Positions 47,133 to 58,637 of a stretch of 64,000 nt of DNA are shown here, piece by piece (the first letter of the stretch is position 1; each line of letters starts with the position of its first letter). Source of the DNA: Cladosporium halotolerans (Eukaryota); contig NW_027191482.1 of assembly GCF_011745625.1 (NCBI RefSeq), positions 124,001 to 188,000 on the forward strand, written 5' to 3'. The position numbers and the translations under genes were made by a program. Below the pieces are notes generated by a model that had not been told where the DNA came from, did not search any database, and saw only the letters and a program-made list of their open reading frames with translations.

Positions 47133-48159
47133 TCATGAGAGTACGCCCGATGTCCTCCGCCGTTTCTGGCTCAGTGGCAACGAGGTCACATCCTGTCCGA
47201 TCCGCACCTTTACCTCGTTGAAAGGAACCCTAATACTACGCACTTGCGCTGGCAGATCCTGGCTTGGAGTCTGGCCTTCGGAAGCTCCCTCTAGTGACCA
47301 TGCAATGCTAATGTGGAATTTCCTTGCGACTTGCTTTGTTGGCTGTTTGCCTGTTGAAGAGCGTTTCTCACCTGCTTGCTTTGCATCGTCGTCGTTCTCA
47401 TACAGCTTCGGCTGTTTGTAATCAGCAGCGATATCGTTACAAGTGCTGAGCAATCGTAGCATCTCGTCATTCTCGTCTGCTGTTCGCAAGACTAAGAACC
47501 ATCGCGTGCGGTCCTCATTCGGATGCCATCGCAGATCTTCAAACGAAGTCTCGAACGCCTTGACACCAGACGTGCAGATAGCTTCTGTGAGTGACCGAAG
47601 AAAGGCGTCCTTCTGTTCAGTCTTTAGGGCCAATGGGCGAGAAAGAGAAATGTGCAAGGGCAACGGAACGCCGAGGTCGTTTTGCAGCAGACTGCGAACG
47701 GCAGGTTGACCGTCTGGCTTCTCGGAGCCATTGATCACGCCATGACCAGATTGATCCCGCGCACCAACCAACCGAGCAAGGACATCGGACTCCTCAGGCG
47801 CAGGACACCCTCGGCAGCGTCAGCGACTGTGGCTCGCAGCGCGGCGCCGAGGAGCGATAGGGCTGAAACTAATAGAAAACTCCGTAGCCCAACTTACATT
47901 CGAGATAGACGTGGCTTGGCCAGTTGCCGGCAACGTGCGGCGTCACGCGTTTGCGGCCGCCGTGCAGTGCCGGGTCGTCCTGCGTGCTGGTGCGGACGGT
48001 GGAAGAGTAGAGATCGCGAAAAGACCGGGGCAAGGGCGGCAGAGTGGATGTCGCATCCGATGCCTTCCGCTTCTTTGATGGTGGAGACGAGGTGCCAATG
48101 AACGTCTTGGGGTTGGCGGGCTCGTCAGGCTCGGAGTCTGAATAGTCGACCAAGGCCAT
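47133..48159 (-). CDS. USB1: U6 snRNA 3'-phosphodiesterase Usb1/Mpn1 (intron 47810-47897)
   Basis: MALVDYSDSE start, HGGRKR...PHVAGNWPSHVYLEW and two 2H motifs (LHISLS, FHISIAW). Confidence 0.93.
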
Positions 48160-48597
48160 TTGCTGGAGAGAAGGCAGTCGACTCTCTGTGTGCTCGCGCA
48201 ACGAGTGATGTCGCGTGCTGATAAGGTAGCGAACGGGCCAGGCGATTGTGTCGCGAGCACGTGCGGTGCTCGCTAGGATCGGGTTGAGGTGGGCGTGTGC
48301 GTGTGCGCGTGCGCTTCGACGGCGATGACGAGGGCGCTGCAGCGATGCGCGCGGAGGATTTGGGCTCGCTGGGGGTCTCGGCTCTCGCCAGCCAGCGCTG
48401 ACGTCGCGGGTCCCACTTTCCATTGCGCAGACTCGCCATGCGCATGGAAGCCGCGCAACCACCACTACAGAGTTAAGGTACACCTCCCGCCGCTGCCCAG
48501 GACTGTCACCCTTCCGTGTTTCTCATTCTGCTCTTGCCCCTGCTTCCGAGCCAAACCATCGCTGGACCAGACCGAGCAACACAACTTCCACACCACA

Positions 48598-49934
48598 ATG
48601 TCTCACGCCGTGAGCTCAAAAGAGGTATGTCATCGCTATCGATCTATCGGCGAAATCTCAACCGATCAAGTGCTCACCTGATACCAGGCTGCCGCCACGT
48701 TGATTGATCCCTTCAATGAGCCGGAACCTGCCTCTGAAACTGGCCCTGGTGCCTCGTTAGGCCAGAGCACATTCGCTGGCATGCCCAATACTGCGACTGG
48801 ATCTTCCTCCTCGCACGCCCGGTCCTCAAGCAACCCGTTCCGCAACTCTCCCCAGCACAAGTCCGGTGTTTCGAGCAGCTCGCGCCCAGTCGGCCACACC
48901 TCACCACCCTCCCACGGAAGCCCTCGCACTCGCAACAGCCCAGGCGGACGCACCAGCCCGCCGTCCAAATTCCCCGATTACCGCGAAGCAGCGTTCGGCG
49001 GTGAGACGCACCGCCCGCGCAGATCCAGCGAACACCCTCCGCCCTCCTATGATGCCGCTGTTGGCAGCAGCAGCAGCGGCGGTGGACACCGTCGTCGCAC
49101 CAGCAGTCTGACGGCACGCTACCCGGGAGACCAGAGCCACAAGCCTCTGGACATCATCAGGCGCGACTCCAGGAAGGCCGGCAAGCCGCACCACCTGAAG
49201 AAGCGCTCCATGCAGGGTCCCGACACCATCGACCGCCTTGACCCTGCCATCGGCGGACGCGCCTACCACCACGAAGGCCCCTACGACGCTGCTTCGCTCG
49301 CGCGCAACCGTGACCCAAAGCACGCCCCTGTCGCAGCTCTGGAGACCACTAACTCCGAAGCCATCCGCGCCACGCCTCAAGAGAATGTCAAGGACTCGAT
49401 CGAGAGGCACATGCCTTTGGACGGCACCGCAGTCGTGCCTCCGGGCGAGCCTGACCGTCTCGGCCGTACCTATGACTATGAGGAGGGTACCGACATGATG
49501 CGCGAGGCTATGAACAGTGAGCCTGGCTACAAGCGATACGGTGGAAAGGTACGTAATATTGCTCTAGAAATATCAAAATTGATGCTAACATCGACGTGCA
49601 GGACTACGACCCCGAAGATCTCAAGGGCCAGGGCTCGAGCTTCGGTCTCGACCGCGCTCTCCGCGCTCACAGAATCGACGACAACGGCGGCATCGAGATG
49701 CAAGACTCAGCTGCCCTGAAGAAGGACTACAAGAAGAAGGAGCGCGAGGGCCTGCTTGATCGCCGTGACCCCACGGCCATCGCGGGTGACGACGCGAGGT
49801 ACGCAGACATTACGGCTGCGAATGACACCGACCTCCACCAGGGACCACGTAGGACCAGCAGTATCAAAGCGGCAGGCCATGACTTGAAGAGGAGGATTGG
49901 AAGTCTGAGACACAGGCACAAGGACGACGAGTAA
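48598..49934 (+). CDS. PAL1: Pal1 cell-morphology/endocytic protein (introns 48625-48687, 49549-49601)
   Basis: NPF motif, YPGDQSHKPLD, DTIDRLD...YHHEGPYDA and LKRRIGSLR. Confidence 0.88.
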
Positions 49935-50336
49935 GAGTGGAGTGATGTGATGGATTGAAGCACGAAAAGGTTATACCAACCAGCTTCTTCTTGACCAGAA
50001 TGGTTCTTTTTCCTTCGGATTACTGTACGATAATGATCAGTAGCGATGCTACGCGGCGCCTCACGATACGCCTATTGAAAATACATATTTGCAACATACG
50101 CAATCTGAAAACGAGTTTATCTATCCCAACCGTCAGCACACCTGAATTGCCTACATCTCGAATAAATTCACTCTCCCACAGACGCAAGGTCACCAGTGCC
50201 TCTCATGACCAATGTAATCATTCCTTTATAGTCGTATGTATGTATGTACACCTGCTGAAAGGTCGCCCAAAAAAAAAGATTCGTACAATACCCGCCGTCC
50301 CCTGCAAACCCCAAACCCCTTCCAAACACCCCAATT

Positions 50337-50834
50337 TCACCACGGATCCGCCCTCGGCGCCCTCACCACAACCTCGCTCTCCTCCACCCCCTCCGCATCC
50401 GCCCTCTCATCCGCCCTCGGATCCTCCTCCCTTCCCCTCCCCCTCCCCTTCGCCCTCCGCCACCCAAACCTCGCCAGCGCCCAAACCAACCCCACGCCCG
50501 CGCCGCCCAGAATCCCCGTCGGCGCAACCACAAACGCCGCGCCGCTCACGACGCTCCCGATCGCGGTCCCGCTGACGGCGGCTACAAGGGCTCCGACGGC
50601 GGCGTATTTGGCGTAGCGGACGAGGCGCCAGAAGAGGAAGATGGCGAGGTAGCGGGCGCTGCGGAGGAGGGAGCGCGTGCGGAGGTGCGCGGGTTGGTAG
50701 GGGCTGGTGCTGGGGGAGTAGAGGTATTTGAGGGTGGCGGTTGTTTTTTGGAGGCGGGTTGTGGGAGATGTGGTTGCAGGGTCGGAGGGCGGTGGTGGTG
50801 TTGTTGTTGTGGTTGTTGTTGCGGGCGAGGCCAT
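50337..50834 (-). CDS. Small fungal membrane protein of unknown function
   Basis: ATG in ACAATGG context, poly-Thr N-terminus and Gly/Ala-rich hydrophobic segments (RYAKYAAVGALVAAVSGTAIGSVVSGAAFVVAPTGILGG). Confidence 0.7.
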   Translation of the reverse strand: MASPATTTTTTTPPPPSDPATTSPTTRLQKTTATLKYLYSPSTSPYQPAHLRTRSLLRSARYLAIFLFWRLVRYAKYAAVGALVAAVSGTAIGSVVSGAAFVVAPTGILGGAGVGLVWALARFGWRRAKGRGRGREEDPRADERADAEGVEESEVVVRAPRADPW

Positions 50835-51361
50835 TGTGGCGGGTGGGCGGTTGAGGTGAGGTGAGGTAAGTGGGTGTGCCGCCTCGGCTGTGAGTTTGGC
50901 TGTTGCTTGGGAACCGAAGTGTTGTGATTTTGCAATTTGTTTGTTCAGAGGGGTATCGATTCCAGGTCGCACGGATATAGATGCTGTGCGTGGTCGTTGA
51001 CTTCTTGGTTTACACCTCTGGAAAACGATGGCGATGCCGTCACTGGCCTCGGATGGCGTTGGCGCTAGCGGCTGGCTGCATTTTGCTAATCTTCTCTGTA
51101 TGCATTCTGCAAACCCTTTGAAGCGGTCTGATATGCAGCACATACTACAATGTTTGGGAAGAACTATTCTTTGATGTGTCCTGAACGGACAATGTACTCG
51201 CGCATTAAGTTTCAGGCCATCACATGTCAAAGGAGAGCTCTCGGACTCTGATTGGCTCGGCTATGTCCGCCACTAGCTGCGGGCTGTGTTTGTGAATTAA
51301 CCTGCCACCCCAACCCTAACCCTTAAGTTCTTTGTCACACGCCAGTAGGAGACCTTGAAAC

Positions 51362-52004
51362 TCATTTACGCCAGACGTGCGCCATCTCAACTCTGGCAAG
51401 GGCCATCACAACAACCTACGAGTATTTCTGTCAGTAGACGTTGCAAGCACACACCACTAATGCGACTTACCACGCCAAGATCGACTCCTTTTGCCGCCCG
51501 GACACGAAACACCGACAAGTCTCTATCGCCATTGAACCGCCTTGGGGTATTGTTGATGTGAAGCCCGATTTCTGCCATGATGGCACCGTCCGCGTTTACA
51601 TAGGCCGTCGTAGCCACATGATCTCTCGGCCGCATCTCAACTTGCATATCGCAGCCGAAGATGTTCAGGTTGATGGCACAGTGCGCTCGCGTGAAATACT
51701 TTTGGTGCTTGAGCTCCGCGATCTTCGTGTTGGCTGCGTCCTTGACAAACCAGCCGTCGAACTGATACCGTCTCAGGCTGAACGCAAGGTTGCCATTGGC
51801 GTCTTTCACGTCGCGTCGCAAGCTCGCTGATGTCAAGGCGCCATCGCCCTCCACGTAGAACAGCTTCTCGCCGTCGTCCCGCACTACCGTGATGTGTTGA
51901 AAGGTGCGGTCATGGCAACGAACCCAGAAGATGGTCTCTTCAGTTGTTTCGTGGCCTTCAAGGAGCGAAATTGGGGCCGACGGTGCGCTGAGGTTCGCAT
52001 CCAT
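51362..52004 (-). CDS. LURP-one / Tubby C-terminal-like (scramblase-fold, DUF567-like) protein (intron 51416-51470)
   Basis: Beta-rich DGEKLFYVEG...RDVKDANGNLAFSLRR segment. Splicing gives the terminal RVRAAKGVDLGV|VVVMALARVEM helix. Start codon uncertain. Confidence 0.7.
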
Positions 52005-53474
52005 TTCCCAAGGGAGATTCAATGGGGAACGTCTTTGTGGGAGTGGGAAGGCTACATTGTGTCAGGAGCAGATGTGGGACGCCAGAACGAAGTTACGTTA
52101 GTCGGTAAGACCATTCACTCATTGTCTGGTGCGGCCTTAGCGATAGCTTAGCTCATACGAGAGTGGGTGCACACAAGGTCATGGGGTGTTATTCGTCCAC
52201 TCAACGGGCGCATAGGGATCACAATTGAGAATGAAGCGGTGGGCCGTGCGTGATACTAGACGTGCTTCGCATCCTTCGACTGAAGCCATTCCATACCGGG
52301 TAGGTCGCGCTGTGTTAGCCTGAGCACGACCCTGCTCGACTGCTCAGGCGTTTGCCGTGTGCTGAATGACTCTACGAGCGCCTGTTGAGCGCAGACGAAC
52401 CATGCTCCAGAATTTTATCCTTGAGTTGATGGTATTTGATCTTGAGCGCCAGCAACCTGACTGCTTTTGAAGGGACTCGAAATGACAGAGTAACCCGATT
52501 GGATTCGTCTGGAGGGAGCTGTGCAGAAGACACTTGGTGCCGTCCATGGATTGGGCAATCGGATGCCATCAAAGATGATCAATATATTGTGAATGCCCGG
52601 GGGAATCGTCATCCCAATCAGCTAAGACTAGCAAAGCTAGTACACTCTCCTTAGCTCAGCTGGAAGAGCGCAAGACTGTAACTGCAGCCGAGTTCGAGCA
52701 ATCGATCATCGAAATCTTGAGGTCCGTGGTTCGATCCCGCGAGGGGAGACTCTTTTGCTGTTCGTCAGCACCCACCTTTTGTCTACTCGGTTCTGTTGCG
52801 CAAGTTACCTTGGTCGATGCCTGAGCCAATGGCGGATCGTGTTTCCCCAAATGCGAGTTGCCGCAGGGGACTTCGCCATTAGGAGCTCGGATCCCCGCAC
52901 TCCAGAGTGCACTACACGCACCCGGTCACCAGAAGATGATCTTTAATTTTTGGATTGCAGCGAGAAATTGACTCTTTTGCAGGAAGGTGTCAATAATGCT
53001 CTCCTGAGCATGCTACGATCGCCCTTAAGATACGGTCATATAACAGCGGATGTGGCGCAAAACGGCTGCTCAGCCCGCCCGCCGTTTACGGGTCAAGCAA
53101 CACAGGAGACGCGGCCGGCATAGCACAAAGAAGCATGCTTCCATGCACTCCTTCCACGAGAGTTTAATGCGCGACCCCTCGGTCGGACTGAAACATGCCG
53201 CGTCCGACGATCAGCGCAACCGCCGTGCCTGACTGGACGCAGGCCTTCCTTGGTCTCAGACACGTACTCTCGTTGTTGTGCAGAGCTGTTGGGGGGCGGT
53301 CTGCGCGGGCGAATCAATGGCATTGTTGCGTGGGCTCACATGGAGAGTAAATCGTTGGCTTTCGCTTTGTGGTGCAGGGCGTTTTCCTTTCAGCTCGTGC
53401 TTGTCCCCCTCTCGATTGCGTTGTTCATTCTCACCTGCGAGGCGTATAACTGTCACATCGACTCACTACCACCA

Positions 53475-53933
53475 ATGGCTCGGACAGCGATCAACCGCAA
53501 ACACCAATCCACGATGTTCACACAAGCTCTACCTTACAGCTCTGGGCCTCCAACCTACCAGCCCCTGAACCCTTCAAAGAGGCCGAGCATGCCCCTCGGC
53601 CGTTCAGCCAGCACCTCTTCGCACAAGATATCCTTCAGCTCCTTTAGGAGCAACAAGTCCGGGGCCTCATCGAAGTCCTCAGAATCGACAGAGTCTTCGG
53701 AATCCAAGAAGCTGAAGTCATTGTTGCCCTCAGTAAAGCGGTCGACCTCTCTACGCAAGTGCCTGGTGCCTGAGACTGAGAGCGACGACGAGGCGCACAT
53801 TTCGATCCTCAGCGAAAAGAAGAAGCAGAAGCGAAGCTCTGTTGTCAGGGATCAGCAGACTGAGAAGATGTTCTCCTGGGCCGCTCTGGGTGCGTACTCC
53901 GCACCTGGAGCAGGTCCTCTCGTCTGGTTTTGA
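53475..53933 (+). CDS. Ser/Lys-rich hypothetical protein
   Basis: Open frame with ATG at 53475 or 53514, followed by a T-rich 3' region. No family recognised. Confidence 0.5.
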   Translation: MARTAINRKHQSTMFTQALPYSSGPPTYQPLNPSKRPSMPLGRSASTSSHKISFSSFRSNKSGASSKSSESTESSESKKLKSLLPSVKRSTSLRKCLVPETESDDEAHISILSEKKKQKRSSVVRDQQTEKMFSWAALGAYSAPGAGPLVWF

Positions 53934-54043
53934 ATTTCTTTTTCACTATTGAGCGAGCCTACGATGTGTGGATACGATACCCGATGAGCAGGACAGAGAC
54001 GGTTGCGCACACATATGTTTTAGGTTTTTTCCTTTTGAATTGC

Positions 54044-54090
54044 ATTTGATTTGATTTGATTTGATTTTCTCTGATTTTCTCTGATTTTCT
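54044..54090. repeat. Compound tandem repeat (ATTTG)4 followed by (ATTTTCTCTG)~2.7
   Basis: Read directly, between two convergent 3' ends. Confidence 0.85.
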
Positions 54091-54267
54091 TCACGGCCTA
54101 TAACACACATTGTCCTTCCGTGGTGGACGCACGAGCAGTAATATACAGGCCCACAGGACTTCTTTCAAGCAAAACGCCAGAATCACCCAAAGCTTTCCGC
54201 TATTCGCTCATTGATTCAAACTCCGATTGCACCGTACACTTTCCCTTCAGTAAGAGCAGTTCGCTCC

Positions 54268-57200
54268 TCAAATCATGATCATGAGCTCCCTCCGCTCGAT
54301 CTTGTCCTCGGCATGCGGGTAGTACGGGACCATCGCGTCAGCACTCATCACATAGGCGTCGTTGTACAGCCTCCAGTACGGCGTGCGCACCTTTCTCGCG
54401 GGGTGGAACAAACCGGCCCAGACGTAGTTCATCACCGCACCCGTACCAACGCACACGCGGATGGCCTCGATGGCTTCGATGACGCGATCGATGACATGAG
54501 GGCTGGTCTCGAAGAGGTTGGGAATGAGCAAATTGAGCAAGTGCATCATTGCATCCTCACAACCGAGACCGACGACGCCGAGAGCCATGTGCTTGACGAC
54601 TGCGGCACCAGTCTGTCTGTGGACCTGGTCGCGGTCGATAAGCGCATCTTCCAGCAACGGGGTGACGGCGTAGACGTAGTCCTTGCCCATCTCGCCGATG
54701 TACTCAAATAGGAAGCTCATAGCCTTGAGAACACCGTTCTGGACGTTCAGCTCGGGGACGCGGTACTCGTTCATCAGAGCCGGGAGGACGGTGAAAGGAG
54801 CGCAGGTCTCGGCGACAATACCGATGGCGACGGCAGTGCAGACACGAGATTGACGGTCCTGGACACGGAGGTTATTAAGCAAGGTGGCAAGCACGTCCTG
54901 GGGTCCGATGGCTTTTGCGATGTATCCGAAAGTGTTGTTCGCGGCGCGGCGAATCCCCTTCTTGTGCGCTTTGAGCATGTCCAGAAGCTCGAAGCAGATA
55001 CGCATCCATTCGCGGGCATTGACAGACTCGGGGCCGCGGTCTGCAATGCGACCGACGAGATCGATGGTGTTCTCCTGGACTTTTTCGTGTCTGTTGCGGA
55101 GGATTGGCGTGATGCGAGGCAGAAGGTCCTTGATCGGCGGTTGCATACTACTGATACCGACGACAGTGACGATTGCACGCATGGCTCCGAGGATCGATCC
55201 AAGAACTTCCGGATACTCCTCACCGAGATATTCGTACAAAACCGTAGAAAGCTTGCCCATGAGTGCATCTTCTCCGCATTGCTTCATGACAACGGCAATG
55301 CTTGAAATCAAGTCCGCAGCTTGCTGGCGGACTGTGGCACTCTTGTTGTTCAAGCGCCAAAGGATGGTAGAGACAATTTGAGGGAGGTAGTTCTTACACC
55401 TGGTGCCGAGCGCGTTGACAACAGTGCCAAAGCCGTTCAACAACACGATGTCCTCAACGCTCTGCTCTTGGAAAGCGTGTAGAATGCCGTCGACCAAGCG
55501 CTCCTCAAGCCTTTCGTTGATGTCAGCAGCACCCATGGCAGAGATGACCTTCTCGATGGTCTCGACAGTCATTTTGCGGTAGGCTTCGCTCTCGTCCTTG
55601 AGATTTCCGACGATGCGCTCGACGATCTCGCCGACACCGACCTTGTTGCCAAGATCGACAGTAGTCTCAACGACTTGCTTGTAGTTCCTCCTGTCGAGCG
55701 CCATTCGCCTAACCCAGAAGAACTTGAAAAAGTCGTCCAAAACGGTTTCCTTAAGGTAACCTGCGGTGACACCGCTGGTGCCAGCACACTGCGAGACGAC
55801 CTTGAGGACGACCTTCTTCATCTCCTCGTCCGGAGACTGGAACTCGCGGATGAGGATCTCCATGATCTGGCTTGTGTAGTAGTTCGAGTACTCTTCGTCC
55901 ATAAGCGGGATAATGTAGCCAACCGCCTTGAGGTAACCGGCCAGACCCTTTCCGCGCTGCTTCCTCGCACCGGTCCAGAGAGGATTGAGGATTTCATCGA
56001 AGCTCTCGATACCGAACGGGTTCGATGCCTCAGCAAGAGCAGCGAGGGCGAGAGAAGTCACCGTGCGCACCTTCGTGTGGTCGTCATTAAGGTTCTCGCC
56101 AATGCAGTCTACAAGCCCCTGAAGATGAGGAAGCACCGCGCAACCCATGAGGATGGGAATCTGCTGTACGATCTTGACACCGGTGTGGCGCGCTTGCCAT
56201 GACTTCTTACTCTTGCAAACAGCCTTCAAGAAAGGCAGCAGAGTCGGGATGCCCAGGGCACTTGCGACAACGGCGAAAGCGCGGGCAGTTGTGTTACGTA
56301 CGTACTCGTCGACATGGTCGATGTCCGGGCGCATCGTGCTGATCATGTGCGCCAGACCGGCCGCCTTAGCCAGGTTGGAGATAATCTCACGGCCTTCCAT
56401 GCGGGCATAGTAGTCCTGATCGATAAGCAGGGGCTCAATGACCACGAGGATTCTGTGAGTGTATGGGCGGACAAGGTCGTCCAATTTGTAGAGAACGCGG
56501 TCAATGACCTTGACGAGCAAGTGGCGCTCCTGGTCCTCGAGGGACTTCTCCATCAGCAGTGGGAGGATCTGATGAAACAACGCTTCGGCGCCAAAGCTCC
56601 TCGCGTTATCAGTCAGTTGGCGCAAAGCCGTCTTCCTCATGGGCGGAGTGCCGTTCTTGACCTTGAGCAATAGGCGCATGATCTTGCGTTCCTTCAGCTC
56701 CTCGACGCTGAGATCGTTCTCATCTGCGCCATCTACCAGTTTGCCAAAGTAATGCATGTCCTCGTTCTTGAAGAATTGGAGGTCGCCGACTCCAGGAATC
56801 TCTGATGGCAGCTGTTTGCCCATGGCACGCGCGTCCACAGGCTCTTGGTTCATAAAACCTCCGGTGGGCAAAGCAGCCACTGAAACACGTTTGGCGGGCG
56901 CAGCAATCGGCTCATATCCTGGAGGAGGGACAAGAATCTGGAAACCTTCGGAGGGGAGAAGTTCGTCCAGCTCTTCATCAGAAATCGGAGCGTTGCGGCT
57001 GTTCACATCAGTGCCGAAAGGCATGACAGGCTGCGCTGCTGCTCCAGAACCGGCCGCAGGTGTAGCATCGACAGCACCCGCGGGACCAGCAACATCCCAT
57101 TTCGAGCGACGCTTCGGAACCGCACTGTCGCCGTTTGTCGTTTCTGATGCTCCGGGTGCAGCAGTTGCGTCCCATCTGGACCTCTTCTTCGGCACCTTCG

Positions 57201-58083
57201 TCTCCGCTGAGATCACTTCGCCTTCCGCATTGACGAGCTGACCCTCCGCGTTGTAAGACTCTCCAGTTTCAGCGCCGCTCGATGTGTCCCACCTCGACTT
57301 CCTCTTCTTGGTTTCGCCGCCTGCAGCATCGCCATTCGTCTTGTGCCCGTTCGTCTCCGACTCCGTCACAGGCGCTGCTTCATCGGTGTCCCAGCCTCGT
57401 CTCCTCGCTCTCCTCCTGGGCTTGGCCTCTGGCGAGCCCTCCTCGGGGCCGTCCTTGAGTGTGGGCTTGGCTTCGTCGATGTCCATACCATCCTCGCCCT
57501 TCGCAATCTGATCCTTCTTTTTGTCCTCAATCAGCCTCCTGACGCGCTCCTCCTCCCTCTCAAGCTCCCTCTCCTCCATGGTATCCTTGAAGGTCTTGCC
57601 CTCAGCCCCACCACTCAGCCGCCGCTGAAACCGCCGCCTCTGGTAGTCCGACTCGCGATTCTGGATCTGCGCCTGCTTCTCCCTCGAGTTCAAAATATCA
57701 TCTTCCGCCGCCTCGCCCGTCGCCCACTCGCCGATCTGGTCCGCAGTCGCAGTGTACTGCCCGACCAGCCTGCCTCCATTCTGATCGTCGTCGTCACCGT
57801 CGACCTCCATTTCGTCGTCCGCGGGAATAGAAGTGTTGTAGCCGGCATACTTGTCCGCGCCACCGTTTCCGTAGAGCTCGGAGTCGAAGTTGTCCGTGAG
57901 CGAGGCCTTGTTAGAGTTGGTGCGCTGGCTGCTGCGGTCGAAGCCCTTTGCACCTTTGTTGCTGGCACCGCGCTCGGCGGCGCCCTGGCGCGCGCGCTCG
58001 AAGTCCGCTGTGAGGTTCGTGTCAGCGTTTTGCGATCGCGTGGGCGGAGGTGGGGAGCTGGAGGCGCGCATACCGTCAGACAT
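54268..58083 (-). CDS. SF3B1: Splicing factor 3B subunit 1 (Hsh155/Prp10), intronless
   Basis: RWD/KWD ULM-like repeats, [31 protein letters not shown] repeats and [10 protein letters not shown]. Confidence 0.98.
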   Translation of the reverse strand: MSDGMRASSSPPPPTRSQNADTNLTADFERARQGAAERGASNKGAKGFDRSSQRTNSNKASLTDNFDSELYGNGGADKYAGYNTSIPADDEMEVDGDDDDQNGGRLVGQYTATADQIGEWATGEAAEDDILNSREKQAQIQNRESDYQRRRFQRRLSGGAEGKTFKDTMEERELEREEERVRRLIEDKKKDQIAKGEDGMDIDEAKPTLKDGPEEGSPEAKPRRRARRRGWDTDEAAPVTESETNGHKTNGDAAGGETKKRKSRWDTSSGAETGESYNAEGQLVNAEGEVISAETKVPKKRSRWDATAAPGASETTNGDSAVPKRRSKWDVAGPAGAVDATPAAGSGAAAQPVMPFGTDVNSRNAPISDEELDELLPSEGFQILVPPPGYEPIAAPAKRVSVAALPTGGFMNQEPVDARAMGKQLPSEIPGVGDLQFFKNEDMHYFGKLVDGADENDLSVEELKERKIMRLLLKVKNGTPPMRKTALRQLTDNARSFGAEALFHQILPLLMEKSLEDQERHLLVKVIDRVLYKLDDLVRPYTHRILVVIEPLLIDQDYYARMEGREIISNLAKAAGLAHMISTMRPDIDHVDEYVRNTTARAFAVVASALGIPTLLPFLKAVCKSKKSWQARHTGVKIVQQIPILMGCAVLPHLQGLVDCIGENLNDDHTKVRTVTSLALAALAEASNPFGIESFDEILNPLWTGARKQRGKGLAGYLKAVGYIIPLMDEEYSNYYTSQIMEILIREFQSPDEEMKKVVLKVVSQCAGTSGVTAGYLKETVLDDFFKFFWVRRMALDRRNYKQVVETTVDLGNKVGVGEIVERIVGNLKDESEAYRKMTVETIEKVISAMGAADINERLEERLVDGILHAFQEQSVEDIVLLNGFGTVVNALGTRCKNYLPQIVSTILWRLNNKSATVRQQAADLISSIAVVMKQCGEDALMGKLSTVLYEYLGEEYPEVLGSILGAMRAIVTVVGISSMQPPIKDLLPRITPILRNRHEKVQENTIDLVGRIADRGPESVNAREWMRICFELLDMLKAHKKGIRRAANNTFGYIAKAIGPQDVLATLLNNLRVQDRQSRVCTAVAIGIVAETCAPFTVLPALMNEYRVPELNVQNGVLKAMSFLFEYIGEMGKDYVYAVTPLLEDALIDRDQVHRQTGAAVVKHMALGVVGLGCEDAMMHLLNLLIPNLFETSPHVIDRVIEAIEAIRVCVGTGAVMNYVWAGLFHPARKVRTPYWRLYNDAYVMSADAMVPYYPHAEDKIERRELMIMI

Positions 58084-58637
58084 TTTCAACGCGGCTGCGC
58101 GCGTGAAGTTGAGTGAGCTGTGGCTATTAGATACTGATGCACAGTTATGGTCGAGTGATGGTGGTTACCGTGTCCGAAAGGAGCGTTTCGATGTCGGTAG
58201 GTGTGTTGTCGCGGATGGGTGATCGCAGCGCCCGCTGAAGAAGTTCAAGTGAACCTCCAAAGCTGGGGAAGCCACTGCAGCGTTCGGCGCTCGGCCTGGG
58301 CGGCCCGCTCGAAGCTTATGTTATCATCCTCACTTCATGCGCATGTGACAGGCATCAATAATCAATGATAAGAGGTGAAGAGTTTACAGAATCATGTGTA
58401 GTTGGCAAAGCCTTTTGTGTAGCTGTCGCTACACGCGAATAAGATTCCATTCTATCAGAATACAAGGCTTGCTCCAAAGATCACGTCCTAGCTGCACGAT
58501 TGCGCCTCGTGCCATACCATGCTGTCCCCATACCCCCAGCGCCAATGCTAGTAAAAGTACAACAAAGAAAGTCGTTAAAAAGTTGTGACCTTAGCGGCCA
58601 CCCAATTTCCAAGGAGGTCTTTCCTTCCAGCCGATCC

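Noticed and set aside
52300..52950. Protein-like plus-strand fragments (e.g. LAQLEERKTVTAAEFEQSIIEILRS)
   Set aside because: Could be a relic, but there is no consistent frame, intron or family motif to support it.
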